In this document: positions 39,881 through 53,226 of the stretch, piece after piece
Position numbering within the stretch: the stretch's first letter is position 1
Layout of the letters: each line of letters begins with the position of its first letter
Assembly (NCBI RefSeq): GCF_009914755.1
Contig: NC_060930.1
Source of the DNA: the human T2T-CHM13v2.0 reference genome, Homo sapiens
Length of the DNA: 64,000 nucleotides
Direction: 5' to 3' (one strand)
The notes under the pieces: model-generated
Told to the model about the DNA's origin: nothing
Databases searched by the model: none
What the model saw: the letters and a program-made list of their open reading frames with translations, nothing else
Made by a program: the position numbers and the translations under genes

Positions 39881-40699
39881 TACAATATACACAGTTTTCC
39901 TTTATAAATATAGTTTTATGATAATTAGTTCAAGTACAAATATATTTCTACTCACATTCTAGTGCTTAATTCTTAATTTGTTTCAGGAGATGTGTTTTAG
40001 TGGTTGTTTGTGGAAATTTGTATTGTTTAGAATCTTATTTTTATTATTTTTTATTTATTGTAGTTATTGGACCTTATTTTCATAAACCCTTGTGCAAATC
40101 TTTCCTGTGTTTTATCTCTCATCCTTTTTACTGAAAGACCTGGGATGCCATTCTATGCTACTTAATGGAGAGCTCCATCCGGTGGTCACTTGTTAAGCAA
40201 CTCAATGCTTCACAACCAGACCCAGGGCAGCTCTCACATCAAATTAGTTTTGAAAGCCTATGGATTATTCCCTGCAAAGCTCGCTGGCCACATCTGCTAC
40301 CTCATATCAAGACCCAGTAGCTCCACACTAATTCCCGTCCTTGTCATACCTCCTCTAAACCATGGTAATAATTTCCTAACTCTAACTCTTCAACACAGCC
40401 TCATACAAAAAATTGCAAAGGTGAACACCTCAGTATCTCTCAATGCACGGCCCTCCATGATCCTTCCTCTCTGATACACCTGAGATCTGATTTCTGATCT
40501 CCAAAAGTTCTCCTGAGAAACTCCTTCAGCCCAGAATGTACTCCTTCTCTTCTCTCCTTTCCCTTCCCCAATTCCCCCTTTCAGAAATCCACCTGTACTT
40601 AAAGCCCCAGATCAAAGCTTCTTTCACTTCTCCTCATGCTAAAAGGGCCCTCTCCTCTCTCAATTCCTATTGCGTTTCTTTTTGTCAGTTCTGCAGTTT

Positions 40700-40865
40700 T
40701 CTTGGTTTTTCTGTCTCCCCGTTTCATCATTTACAAAATGGGTATAATGCCTTCTACGTACCTCATAGAATTATCGTGAAGATTAGATTACATGGTCTGT
40801 GTTTAGAAGCACTGAGAAGCATTTCTGAACATTGTAAGTGCTCAATACATTTATTTTTGATATTA
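40700..40865 (+). mobile_element. MIR 3' half
   Basis: GTTTCATCATTTACAAAATGGGTATAATG...ACCTCATAGAATTATCGTGAAGATTA...GTAAGTGCTCAATA. Confidence 0.8.
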
Positions 40866-41589
40866 TGAAGTGGGTGATAAGTATAATGATATTGAATCAA
40901 CTCAGTGTTAATTACATTTTCTGCTAGCCTATATTATTTATCCCCGAATAGAGGATAATTTTCTGCAGAGCGGGGATTTGTCAATCTATTATGCATAGAC
41001 TAGATGCCTGATTACTACTTATTGATTGATGCATTTCTTTCAGCAAAAGTGGACTGAGTATTGGTACTGGTGCCATGACTCCCTTTGTAAAACCTTCAGC
41101 ATTTCAGTAATGTTATACAACTTAGAAGAAAAATATTAACAATCTGTCTTAATGAATCTGGATAATTTTTATTGAAAGAACATTTGTTAGTTTCACCATA
41201 AAATAATTTTGATTAACGCGAGTAAAACAGAAAAATGCCTTTTCTCCACAGCAACTCTTCTCAGCTACTCTCCAGGTTCAAGTTCTCCCAATTACTTCTC
41301 CCAACAACTTGCCTTGACAAGAGGTTGGGGGAAGGTCATCCAAGGAGTCAGGAAGAATATGTGTAGCATCGTGTCCTTGGCTGTAATCTCTCATATATCT
41401 ACTCTATGAAGTCCTCTCACATCTTTCAGAGAGCTGGTAACATCTCCTAACTCTGTGCCTTTGAGGCTGAAATACCCTCTATGCTCAAAGATAGAAGATC
41501 TAGTACCCACAGCCCCACTGGCATCCCTTGAACGGTCCTCAACAGCATTATTACTGTTACATAGTGAGGAGTAATAAGTCAACCAGACT

Positions 41590-41970
41590 GAACTTAGCTT
41601 CCAACATTCCTTGTCTCTGCATCCTGGCTCAACCACACTGACCTTCGTTCTGTTCCTCCAACATTCCGAGTCCTTTCCTCCTAAGGTTTTTCGCATTAGC
41701 TCATCTACTGGGTACATGCATCTCACATGTATTCATGTGATGGTTACTCATCATCCTAGTTTTCTTAGCTTAAATGGACTTAGCAGGGAGTTTTTTGACA
41801 CCCATTTTAAAATAGCCTTACATTCCTTCTATTATATATTTTAGCTTATACATATTATTTTCTAGTTTCCTTATTTTATTTTCATCCCAAACAAGAAGGG
41901 TCTTTGCTTCCTTTATGTACTAATACCAAGATAAAGTGCCTAACCTATAGTAGGCACTCAATACCTTTCT
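41590..41970 (+). mobile_element. L2a 3' portion
   Basis: CCACACTGACCTTCGTTCTGTTCCTCCAACA...ATAGTAGGCACTCAATA. Confidence 0.7.
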
Positions 41971-42939
41971 CTTTAATAAAAAGCTTAGCAAAGATGTGAT
42001 ACAATTCTTTTGAGTACATGCATGATTGAAATAAAAGATTAAAAAAGAGAATATAAAAAGCATTTTCTACTCTTAAATAATTAAAACATTGGCCAGATTA
42101 CACAATTTCCCAAAAAGTGTCTCTTAAATTTTTATCTACATTGTTTCCAATAAAAGAGTGGGACTATTGAAATAATGTTAAAATAGGCTCTGTTTTAAAA
42201 TAGCTAAAAATTGACTGTGATAAATTCTTATTAAAGAGACACCCTACAATACTCAAAAACTGTTTCTTAAATTTTTACTGATATTCTCTCCAGTTCTTTC
42301 CAAGTGTTACATAGAAATTCATGCCAAAATTTGTAAAAAGTATTTTACATTTCCAATGATCTTTTTTTTTGTTTTATATATGCACCTGTTTTCAACTTCT
42401 ACATATGTAATTTTTTTCCAAAAAAAAAAACCTCTAGATGAAGAATTGGCATGTACAAAAATCAGATTTTTTCAGAATTTCAATGTATTCAAATGCAATG
42501 GTTCTAAACTGTTCCAAAGAATAGATTTTAAAAAATGATAAAAAGCGAAAAGAGGAAAAGAAAAGTGTTATAAAAGTGTTTAATACTGGATCATTATTTT
42601 TTCCTAATACAAAAAAGGACAAGCTTTTAATTTCATTTTTATTTTGCTGTTGGCCTCTGTAAATATCTTTGCATCATTTTATTAAAATTTGATCAATAGT
42701 TATTTACTAGCTATTATTAGTAATAATTAGTTCCAGATGACATCTAATGGTACATATAGCATCTAAATATACATCTTCACAAATAGCCAAATATCACTGA
42801 AACAAAAATATCATCAAAAATACAAGATATTATTTAATTTTGTGTGTTCACATATATGTAGAATTTTAAAATCACACATTCTCACTATTGAAGTAATTAA
42901 CTATACACATTTTACCCTGAGTAGTCTAATTAACTTTAA

Positions 42940-44018
42940 GAAAATATCATTTCTAGACATCTAAAGTCATAGTGCAACACATTACTCACATGTTTGTAAT
43001 GATGCTGGTGTAAACAAACTTACTGCCCTGTCAGTCATATAAAAGTATAACACATATAATGTGTACAGTACATAACACTTGATACTGATAATAAACAACT
43101 ATGTTACTGGTTTGTGTATACTATACTTTTTATTATTACTTTAGAGTGTATTCCTTTGATTTATCTATAATTTTAAAAGTTGACTATGAAACAGCATCAG
43201 GCAGTTTTTTTAGGAGATATGCCAGGAGAAGGCATCATATCACAGATGACAGCTCCATGCATGTTACTGCCCCTGAAGACCTTTCAGTGGGACAAGATGT
43301 GGAGATGGATGACAATGATATTGATGATCCTGACCTTGGGAGACCTAGGCTAATGTGTGAGCTCGTGTCTTAGTTTTTTTAAAAAATAGTTTAAAAAGTA
43401 AACATTAAAGTTTTAGAAGCAATTAAAAAGCTAATAGAATAAGGATATAAAGAAAGAGAGTATTTTTATACAGCTGTACAATGTGTGTTTTAAGCCATGT
43501 TAAAAGAGTCAAGAAGTTAAATAATTACTCATAAAGTTAAAAGTTACAGTAAGCTAACATTAATTTATTATTGTAGAAAAATAGATTTTTAAACACATTT
43601 AGAGCAGCCTAAATGTACAGCCTTTTTAAAGTAGTGTACAGTAATGTCCTGTGCCTCCACATTCACTCACTACTCACTCACTGACACCCAGAACAACTTC
43701 CAGTTCTGCAAGCTCCATTCATGGTAAGTGCCCTATACAGGTGTACCTTTTTTTTTTAATCTCTTATACTGTATTTTTGCTGTCCCTTTTCCATGTTTAG
43801 ATACACAAATATTATAATTGCTTACAGTATTCAGTACAGTAACATGCTGTGCAGGTTTGTAGCCTAGAAGCAATAGGCTCTGCCATGTAGCCTAGATGTG
43901 TAGTAGGCTATACCACCTAGGTTTGTGTAAGTATACCCTATCATGTCTGCAAAACAATTAAATAGCCTACGGAAACATTTCTCCAAACATACTTCCATTG
44001 TTAAGTGATGCATGACTG
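42940..44018 (+). mobile_element. Tigger3b (Golem_B)-like DNA transposon, left end missing
   Basis: CATTACTCACATGTTTGTAATGATGCTGGTGTAAACAAAC...CCCTGAAGACCTTTCAGTGGGACAAGATGTGG...right TIR GTTAAGTGATGCATGACTG followed by TA. Confidence 0.9.
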
Positions 44019-44256
44019 TATTTTTCTAGGAAAAGTAGACTCACCAATGTGTATGGAAAGATGGATGTGTGACAGTACACTTTGCCCCAGTATGAAGATC
44101 ACCAAGAAAGGGAAAAGAGTTAGTGGTTACATTATTTCCAAAGTACCTACTTTTTTTTTCATTTGTCTCTTGATATTTCATGTTCCTTATCAACCTTTCC
44201 ACTGTAATGGAAGGAAGAAAAATGCTCAAAACTTGAAATTCCATCTTCTCTGATAT

Positions 44257-45651
44257 TGTAGAGTATGGAAACCAGAGATAGGTGACATATATTAGACACA
44301 CTACATAAGAAGGGGCAAGTGGAAACATCCAAGCTGGCTTTGTGATGTCTAAGAAGTGCTGGTGATAGGCAGAGTGTCCCAGGCGTGTCTTCCCACCTGC
44401 AGTCTGGAAATCTCCAATACTCAAAGAGAAGCTTCTCATAGAGAGATAGCAAGCTGGATTTTGGGGTCAGGTGTCTGGATTAAAAGATTTTGATGCAATG
44501 TTTTTTGTTTTGTTTCTGTTTTGTTTTTCCCCATTTTCCATCATCACGCAGAGCATGAGGAGGAACTAGCAATTCCCTCCACTGTGGTCAGAAGTTTGAG
44601 GGGAATAAAAGGGTTGGTGGACTAGAAATGTTTGAAACAAAGATGAAAATAGCATAGTATAAAGAAATTTGACATCAAAATCAATAATCAAAAAGGGACT
44701 CCTGCACAGGGTCAGAATGAGGTGTTCATGGCCAGGGAGGACTCACACTACAGAGTCCTATACACAGTAGACCTAGGGGCAGCAGAAACCAACAAAAATT
44801 AAAGGGTCATATTTGGAGCAGAGATTCCCCTCCCCTTTACCATTGTGTAGTCACAATCACTCCACATATAAACCAGGTGACCGAGGTGACTATAACATTC
44901 CCCTCAAATTGACCAAACAGTAGACAGGTGTCTTCCTGACCTTAGGCCCCTGACTTCCCTTTTCTTAGAGTGTTTACTTTAGAAAACTTGCAATTGTTAA
45001 TTTTTTCCTCTGCCCTTTTGAGATGCAAATTTTCTGCAACTAAGACTGTCTTTCTGGGGATCTGGGAGCTAGCTCTTTGAAATGTGTTCATTAAGAAAGA
45101 TCAGGCTGTCTCCCAATCTCAGTGGGAGGAAAGGAGCCTGTCTTCCATAAGGGCCAATTAGCAAACACAGATAACCTAATCACATTGGCTAACCTCCTCC
45201 CTAATGTCCTCCAGTAATTTTTTATTAGTTCATCCTAGCATTTAAACATCCTCCCACTTTTTGTTTTGATGGAGTTGAGTTCACTCTCCCCTATTCCATA
45301 GTTTTGACTCTTAATGCAAGAGTCTTGGATAAACTCCTCCCGTCATTTTTAACAAGTGCCTGGTGCATTTCTATTTGGCAGTTCTTTTACATAGGCAACA
45401 TGTTTGAGAGAAATCCAATTTGGCAGACAGGAATGAAATGGAAAGACCAAGCCCAAATAACCCAGAAGTTATTTAAACTGAAAGGGCCAATAATACCATA
45501 ACCTGGCAAATTTAAGGTTAGTTTTCCCCCTAATTAAATTAGGGGGTGGGGACTGAGGTAGGAGGAAAATTGGATCAGTTATTGTAAATAAAGAATCAGT
45601 GTTTTCTTCACACATCATATGAAAGGGTGAGTATATTTTGACCCCTCTACA
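44257..45651 (+). mobile_element. Ancient LTR (LTR78/MamGypLTR-like) interrupted by a MER31-type LTR
   Basis: Ends TGTAGAG...CTCTACA are a 7-bp inverted pair; AATAAAGAA..CACACATC near the 3' end; no TSD. Confidence 0.35.
44878..45380 (+). mobile_element. MER31/MER67-family ERV1 solo LTR
   Basis: TAGGCCCCTGACTTCCCTTTTCTTAGAGTGTTTACTTTAGAAAACTTGCAATTG...GCCAATTAGCAAACACAGAT...GGAGTTGAGTTCA; TG...CA ends. Confidence 0.82.
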
Positions 45652-46664
45652 CAAGTTATAGACAAAGCTGTAGAGCCAACAAAACTCACAAAAGTCACTC
45701 AGGTACCACTGTTAACAAGCCAACCTAGCTACCCTCCCTTTCACTGGGAGTATTGGTGGAATAAAACTGCTCTGGAAATCAACTGGCAACAGCTCAGCAC
45801 TTAAAGTGAATTATGAGCATATATGGGTGTCACTAGCAAGAACTTTCCAAAAATAGCAGGAGGCACAAAAAATAAAAGAAGGAAATGATTCTTTAAACAT
45901 AATTAAACAGTAATGCCATCAGTTAAAACAGAGGAGGATCAGTATGAGCTGAATAGAACACAGATTATTCCCTGTGTCCCTGGCTAGCAATTTCTCTCAA
46001 TACAAAGACTAGTAAACTGAAAATATTTATATATTTACATCATTTTTTCCTTTCAAGAGAAATCCAAAACCCTAATCCATTCTGCATGTTATTCTTGAAG
46101 CTTTATACCCAAGAGTTGTGCAAAGGTCCAAGAATCAGACTTAATGTCAAGATATTGGAGTAGCCCTTCCAGGCACTAGTCCTCAGTCCACACCAGCTAT
46201 ATCCAAGATACCCAGTAAGAAAGTTTTCATGGTCCTTTTGATTTAGGAGTCTGTGCTTTTGTACCATCCTTAAGACATGAAAATATTTGTAGTGGCTAGA
46301 AATCCCAGTATCTAAAACTCAGTATGCACCATTAAGCCAGATCCCTTGAGGCTCACCATCTGCCTTGGGGCACTGCCAGGGAGCAGGGCATGTGTGCCTG
46401 TTACTTTGAAACCCACAAACTTTTCTGTTTTTACAGCAACAGCTGCTACAAATCTGATTATATTTCTTATGAGTAAATAAAATTATATCTTATAAATTAT
46501 TTGAAGGGACTGAATACTAAAGTTGCAACCCAAATTGCTCTGTGAATTATATTTTTCTTAAAGTAAATTAAACTCTCCAAAGTAGAAAAACAGATATAGG
46601 TTAATGTCATTGTTTTGCTGTAAATCTTTTTATGAAAAGTTATTTCATAGCATTTATGGAAGTT

Positions 46665-46925
46665 TTATATATATATGTATATATATACACACACATATAT
46701 AAACATATATATGAAACAATATGCCCACATCCATACATATCATTATAAATTATAAATTATATTTATATTTTTATAATTTAAAATATATAAATTATATTTC
46801 ATATATTTATATTTTTTATATATTTTATATATTTATAATTTTATAAATATGTTTATAATTTTATAAATTATAATTATAAATTATAAATAAACACATATTA
46901 AAATTAATATATAGTAAATTACATA
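46665..46925. repeat. AT-rich low-complexity island (TA/TATAAAT repeats)
   Basis: Nearly pure A/T over about 200 bp. Confidence 0.9.
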
Positions 46926-48254
46926 TAGTTGTAATTTAAGAATACAGGTTTAATTATCCTTTACAGTTTGTTTGGATATTCACTTAAAGTGCTAAGGTAA
47001 GGAAGGAAGCCTTCCAGGTATTGCTATATAAAAAAACCTGAACCCCATGGGCAATATCTGCAGGTTTGTAGTGCCAAGAGTAGAAAAAAGTTATGCAGAT
47101 CTTGCTTCTCACTGAACACTGGCTTAAAAAGGTTTGTTTCTCTCTGTATTTGTAGTGCACTCTGCTTTCATTACACATGGTGGAATGACACAGAAAAATA
47201 TTTTGATTTAATTTTACACCAGTCTATCAATTTTAAGTTGTGCTCTATGAATATACATTGTAGAGGATAATCTCTCACTATTAAATCAATCAAATTTGAA
47301 AGATTATTAAATAATGTATGTGAGAATGCCTAGAATAGTGCACCTTATGTCATATAGGCTTTCGGTTTATTTAATCCAGGTATGAAACATAAGGAGGGGG
47401 GATAACACCAAGGATGATCCTAGATTTTAGACATTTGTCCACTAATTTTACACGTGAAAAGATGGAAATTCACAGTGTTTATCTGACTGCTTAAGGTCAC
47501 ACCCTTGGGGTAAGAATTAAGAGCCTAGGAAACATGTCCAGTTTGACAAGCTTTCCATATGCTGTGCTACTTCCCTAGACACTGATGCAATAACAGGACC
47601 ATACTACATTAATTTGTAGATCCTGATTTGCCATGAAATAGATCCAGATAAACTTTCTGGCCCTGAAAAAGTATCAGAAAGATTAAATAGGCAATCCAAA
47701 ACATTTCACAAGTTAAAATCCTATAGAGACAAGTGTGTGTTCTCTCACTGTTTCTTCCAGCAAAAACAGACAGGTGGTATATATAGATTAGAGAGCCAGA
47801 AACTTGGCTTATTTCAGACTTGTGAGCTTTCATTGCCAATCTCAATTTTGCAAGTAGCTTATTAAAAGATGTTGGGCAAGCTATTGTTCTCTGTATGAGA
47901 ATATTCTCATTATACAAAGAAAGTCCTGAACACAAATCTGGCTATGAGTTGCACAGCAGCTCCAACAATTGGCACTGGTGACTTCCTCCCTTAAGAAGCA
48001 CTCTCCTCAAATGCAACCTTCTCCGTCCTTGATTCTGTGACTCTGTGCTATTCTCATTTGGAATAATCTCATCTGACCCTCACCTCTGGCACTCATGGGG
48101 GAATTTGTTTACTTTTGTCTTCCTCCTCATGCTTCTACTGTAAGCACTCCCAAAAGTTCTGCCCCAAATACTTCATTGGTGAAATTAGTCTTTCACATGT
48201 ATTCAAGTGACTCCATGTCTTGTGTGTTTAGCACTTCAAGTTTCTCTTCATATG

Positions 48255-48713
48255 TGTTAAGCCTTGAATTCTTTACCCCTGAAAATTGCATTGATGAAGA
48301 ACTTAGCCACCTAGTTCCTGAGAATGGGATCTTATTTGCAAATGAGGTTCTTGTAGATGTAATTTCTTAAATTAAGATGAAATCATACTGGAATAGGGTG
48401 TGCCCTTGACTCAACAAGATTAGTGTCCTTATAAAAAGGAGAAATTTAGACACAGACATATGAAGAAGATAAAGGGAGGGATTAGAATGATTTTTTTACA
48501 AATCAAGGAATGCCAAAGATTTTCAGCAAACCTTTAGAAGCTAAGTGAGAGACATGGAAAAGATGTCTCCCTCACATCCCTCAGAAAGAACCATTTCAAT
48601 GAGACATTGATCTTGAAAGCCTAATCTCCAGAACTGGGAGTTAAACAATTTTCTGTTGTTTAAGCCACACTATGTGTCATATGTTGTTATGGAAGCCCTA
48701 CCAAAGTAATACA
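48255..48713 (+). mobile_element. MLT1C-like MaLR solo LTR with 5-bp TSD
   Basis: TG...CTTATTTGCAAATGAGG...GTGTCCTTATAA...AAGGAATGCCAAAGATT...TTTAAGCCAC...TAATACA; TSD ATATG at 48250-48254 and 48714-48718. Confidence 0.9.
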
Positions 48714-48734
48714 ATATGGAAGACACTAGTATGT

Positions 48735-49110
48735 AGTATGTAGTCACCAAATCCACTTTCCTCTTTCTTTTGGGTGCACATGTAGATGAAATTCTCAGCC
48801 TCCCACAAAATTAAGTGAGTTTTCTGGTCAAAAGAATGTGGATAGAAGTGATCAATACCTTTTTCAAGCCTGATCCTAAAACTATCCATACATGGATTTT
48901 TTTTGTTTTGTCTTTTGGCTAAAATGAAGAATGCTTCCAGGACAACATAAGCATATGTTGAAGATGGAGAAGCCACACACTGCAAGGACCCTTAGTCCCT
49001 AAATCACTATTCTCTGGAGGAGAGCAACCTCACCAGAATACCATTTTGGATTATGAAGTAAGCAAGAAGTAAAGTGAAGCCACTGAAATTTAGGAGTTTT
49101 ATTTAGGAGA
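48735..49110 (+). mobile_element. MLT1J-like MaLR LTR
   Basis: GAATGTGGATAGAAGTGAT...TGTTGAAGATGGAGAAGCCACA...GTCCCTAAATCACT...AAGCCACTGAAATTT. Confidence 0.75.
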
Positions 49111-49535
49111 GAATCATATTCCTTTTATCCACATTTTGTTTCTCTCCTTTCATTTTTATCCTTTGAATTTTATCTGAGTGACCATCAATATTTTAGATCA
49201 TGTATCTAAAAACAAACTCAACATCTAAGCACCTACCTGATCATATAGCTTCCACATTGATTCTCTAACACAATCAGATATTCTCTCTGAATTTACTAAT
49301 TCCCCAAATCCCAAATCTTGGAATTATTTCCTCTATCTTCAACTTCCTTATCCTCACAGATTTTCATATGATATCCTCATGGATACTCCCTGTTCAATTT
49401 CTCTCACATTGATGCATTCGCTAATTTTTCCCTTCACATGTAGATAAGCTTAATTTGGGGGAAGTAATGTAATTATTTCTTATCTAATCCTCTTATCTGA
49501 AAACTCATTCATTTTAATACTTATATACCCAATAC

Positions 49536-49775
49536 CAGGGGTTTTCAAACTGGTGGTTATGACCCAATGTATAATCACAAAAATAATTTAAAAATAAAAT
49601 GATATAGAACAAAAATATAAGACAACAGAATAACAACACAGGTAAAAACATTTCTTATAAGTATAGATAAGTAATTCATATGCAAATTTTTGTGTTACAT
49701 GTATATGTCTATACAAGATACTGATGACATAAAATATATTTCTTTCTGTGGTTCTCAGCCAAATAAAAAAAAGCA
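49536..49775. mobile_element. hAT-Charlie-type MITE fragment
   Basis: CAGGGGTTTTCAAACTGGTGGTTATGACCCA...TAAAATATATTTCTTTCTGTGG; subfamily not assigned. Confidence 0.55.
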
Positions 49776-49859
49776 TGGCAGTATATGCCACTGTCATATT
49801 CGTATTTTTAATGCACAGATCATAGCTTATCAGTTCTTGGCTAAAAATAAATAAAAATG

Positions 49860-50175
49860 AGCCAGGCAACTTGCTCATGCCTGTAATGTCAGCATTTTGG
49901 AAGGTTGAAGTGGAAGAATCACTTGAATCCAGGAGTTTGAGACCAGCGTAGCCAACACAGTGAGACTCTACTTCTACCAAAGGCTAAAAGGTTAAAAAAA
50001 ACAATCATCAGACATGGTGGTGTGTGCTTGTAGTCCCAGCTATTGGAGAGACCTAGAGGGGAGGATCATTTAAGCCTGGGAGGTAGAGGCTGCAGTGAGC
50101 CCTAATGGCACCACTGCCCTCCAGTCTGGGTGACATAGCAAGATCTTGTCTTAAAAAGAATGAAAGAAATAGAAA
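49860..50175 (+). mobile_element. Alu (AluJ)
   Basis: Dimer with CACTTGAATCCAGGAGTTTGAGACCAG and GGAGGATCATTTAAGCCTGGGAGGTAGAGGCTGCAGTGAGC; highly diverged. Confidence 0.93.
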
Positions 50176-53134
50176 TGGCCTCCCAAAGAGCTATTACATA
50201 TAAGAAAAAAATCTAGTATTTTCTACAATATTCAAATTCTATCCTCCAGTTGAGTGAGACTGTTTGCTCTTTCTTTTACACATCATCATGTTTTCACCTC
50301 CAAATGTTTACCGTAGCTCTTACTTTGGGCTGAAATTCATTTGTATAGCTCCATTTCTATGCCACTCTCTAATATATCCTTACTGTCATTCAAAAGCCTT
50401 CACACATCATGATATTCACGCAGTTTTCCCTGATATCCTTATCAAATGATGTGCCCATGTTTCTCAACATTATAAGAACATTTTTGACCCCTAGCCCAGC
50501 ATTTCTCATTCTGTCTAGCAGAATGAGAACGAACATCAATAAATAATACAGTTTGCTAAATATCTGTGTATGTTTGTGACTAGGGATGAGTAGGTAAATG
50601 TCTCTATGTCATTAAATGTACTGAACAACTATGAAGTTGCCCTCATTCTGAATTTATTAAGAAATACAAGAAAAACAAAATGAAACAAATAAATGAAAAT
50701 CTTACAGTATAAAAGGCATAAGATAAAAATCAATACTTTGGTAGACATTAGAATTTCATTAATCATAAAGAATTTCTGCTGCTAACACTTAGATCTGAAT
50801 GAACTAGAAAATATCTGTAAATGGTTGACCCACTCAGGTTCTGAGTGGCTGCATGACAGAACAATCTTTGATTTATTACAAGGATCCCAGTATGGGACCC
50901 ATCTCCTCAATACAACTCACTATCAAGAGGAGAACATATAACATGCCTTTGAAAAATGTTCTTCCCCAGATTTAGTGCCCTGTGAATTGATTGTTATTTT
51001 TGTAGCATGATGTGAATGTCTACTATATTGTAAGAGATTCTATGAGTTTCTTGGGGCAAATACACATAGGAATAAGTTTCCGCAAAAGAACTTAATGTAA
51101 TTTTTAGAAAACAAATACATACACATATAAATTAATGAAGTAGATAAATGTCAGAAACAGGCCATGAATATATATGTGAGCTACATACAGTGATGGACAG
51201 CCTCCAAGTTTCAAAACTGTATAAGACCTTAGTTAAAAGTAGTCAAGTATGACCACCAGTGAAGAATAGAATAGAGAGAGTGAAGAGTAGAGATGACCAG
51301 AAATAGAATACTTTAAAAGAAAAAAAAACACATTCTTACATCTCATTCAAACTTTTATGTACATAATTGCTCCCACATCTGAAAGGTGCTGCCATTACTG
51401 GTTGAATTTTATGTTTGATTTCCATATTATAGAATGTCTAAGACCATATTAAATCTCAAGATTAGGGTATGGTCTGAATTAAATCCTGACCTCATTTCTG
51501 AGGACTGAGTCAGAGCTTAATGTCCTTGAAACACTAGAATTTCTGTTGCTTTTGCTGTACTTTTCTATGCTATAGTCATGGCTCCCAATAAATTCAGAGT
51601 CATTCCCTGTTACAGGAGCTAATTATTTTTGGCATACATTCTAAAATCAAGTGTAAATGGTGTTCCTCATTTCAAATTCAGGAAGGTAAGAGTCTTTGTT
51701 CTAATTCTATGGGCGAATACTTAAACTAATATAGGTAATGAAGTCTAAAATATTCACCTTCAGAATCCAAAGAAAAATTATCTTATTGGTATTTCTTCAA
51801 TATTTAAGAACTTGATGATATTTTAAGTCTTTATGGCATGAAGATTGTGTTATAATGATAGAAATTAGAATTGTTTAAACTATATCACTGTGAGTCAATC
51901 AAAAAACTCAGTTTTAGGCACATGTAACCAAATTGTATTTTTCCATCCAATGACCTGCTCCTACTGGCTTAATGAATATCAAAAATGTACTAAAGACATT
52001 TTTATAAAACTTTATAAAGTTAGACAAGCCAACAATGCCAATTATAATAATATTCAAAGTTAAAGGTAAGACTATTCTATGCTAAGATTAGATAGAAGAC
52101 GTAGAAGTGTATATTAACAAACAGAGATAAACCACCCAAAGTAATGTACTTTAAATAAAAATTAAATTATAGTTTTCTGGATTGATATTGGTGGCATTAT
52201 TACTGAGGTAATAATTAGATTTGCTTCTGAGGCACTACATATTTTTTAATATGTACTTTAAATACATTGTGTGTTTTCACATTTCATCAAATATTATATG
52301 AGTGATCAATATTTATAAATATTTGACAGCCAATTTTGAAATATGAAAAATTACTATTGGATAATTATTGCAGAAATAAATATTTGATCTATATGAAATT
52401 AATTCAGCAGTTTATTGCAGGAAGGAAACTAAAATTTTTTTAGGACATAGTGTATGCCAAGCATATTTCCAGGATCCTTACAGGTATTTATTTATATAAT
52501 TTTAATGACAATTTTATAAAATTAATATAATGCTCTTACAAGATACAGGCTAAGAGCTCTGATTCTGGGGTTGATTCTGTTCCTATCATTCCTGAAATTT
52601 TGTTGCCCATTTTTGTGCTGTATCTATAAGGCGGTGGGCCAGTGGACTATTTCTTTCAACTTGTACAAAGTAAACTGTTCATTTCCTGACTTTAGCTGTA
52701 GGGAACCTGTTTTCAAGACCCTGCTTTCCAGCACGTGTGCATCACATGCACACATGGCCTGTTGCCTCACTTTGACTCACAAGAATACCAAAGTCCATTC
52801 CCTATGTATGCAGGTACCTGATGCAGTATAACTAAAATTCCATGTGGATGCTGTCTCCTCAGCTATGGTTTTCCTCTTCCTTTCTGGCACCCAAGGATTT
52901 TTTTTCCTTATTTTTAAGAATGTACCACATCAAAAAATCAAATAATCCTATAATATATTAATAATATTTGAATAAGACTAGCTGAGGAAACAAACAACAT
53001 GTAAATTAATTCTTTGTCTTCCATTATTGATTTTAAATTTATTCAACTGCCAGTTACCCATTGTGTCCATTAGATGAAAATGCTAGCACACCCATGGCAA
53101 TAAAGTTTTTGTGCTGGCATTCTTTGTTAGTACA

Positions 53135-53226
53135 TGATGCTTCAGTCACATCAGCTAACAAACACTATCTTGTTTGAGGTATTTGATGCTTTAGTCACAT
53201 TAGCTAACAAACACCATCTTGTCTGA
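53135..53226 (+). repeat. 49-bp-period tandem duplication (2 copies)
   Basis: TGATGCTTYAGTCACATYAGCTAACAAACACYATCTTGTYTGA at 53135 and 53184. Confidence 0.92.

Noticed and set aside
43101-43373. Acidic 90-aa ORF (VGQDVEMDDNDIDDPD)
   Set aside because: Internal sequence of the Tigger3b element; no transposase domain present.
50830-50848. CCACTCAG-GTT-CTGAGTGG hairpin
   Set aside because: 8-bp arms are expected by chance in 64 kb.
53135-53226. CRISPR-like array
   Set aside because: Only two adjacent copies, no unique spacers, eukaryotic context.
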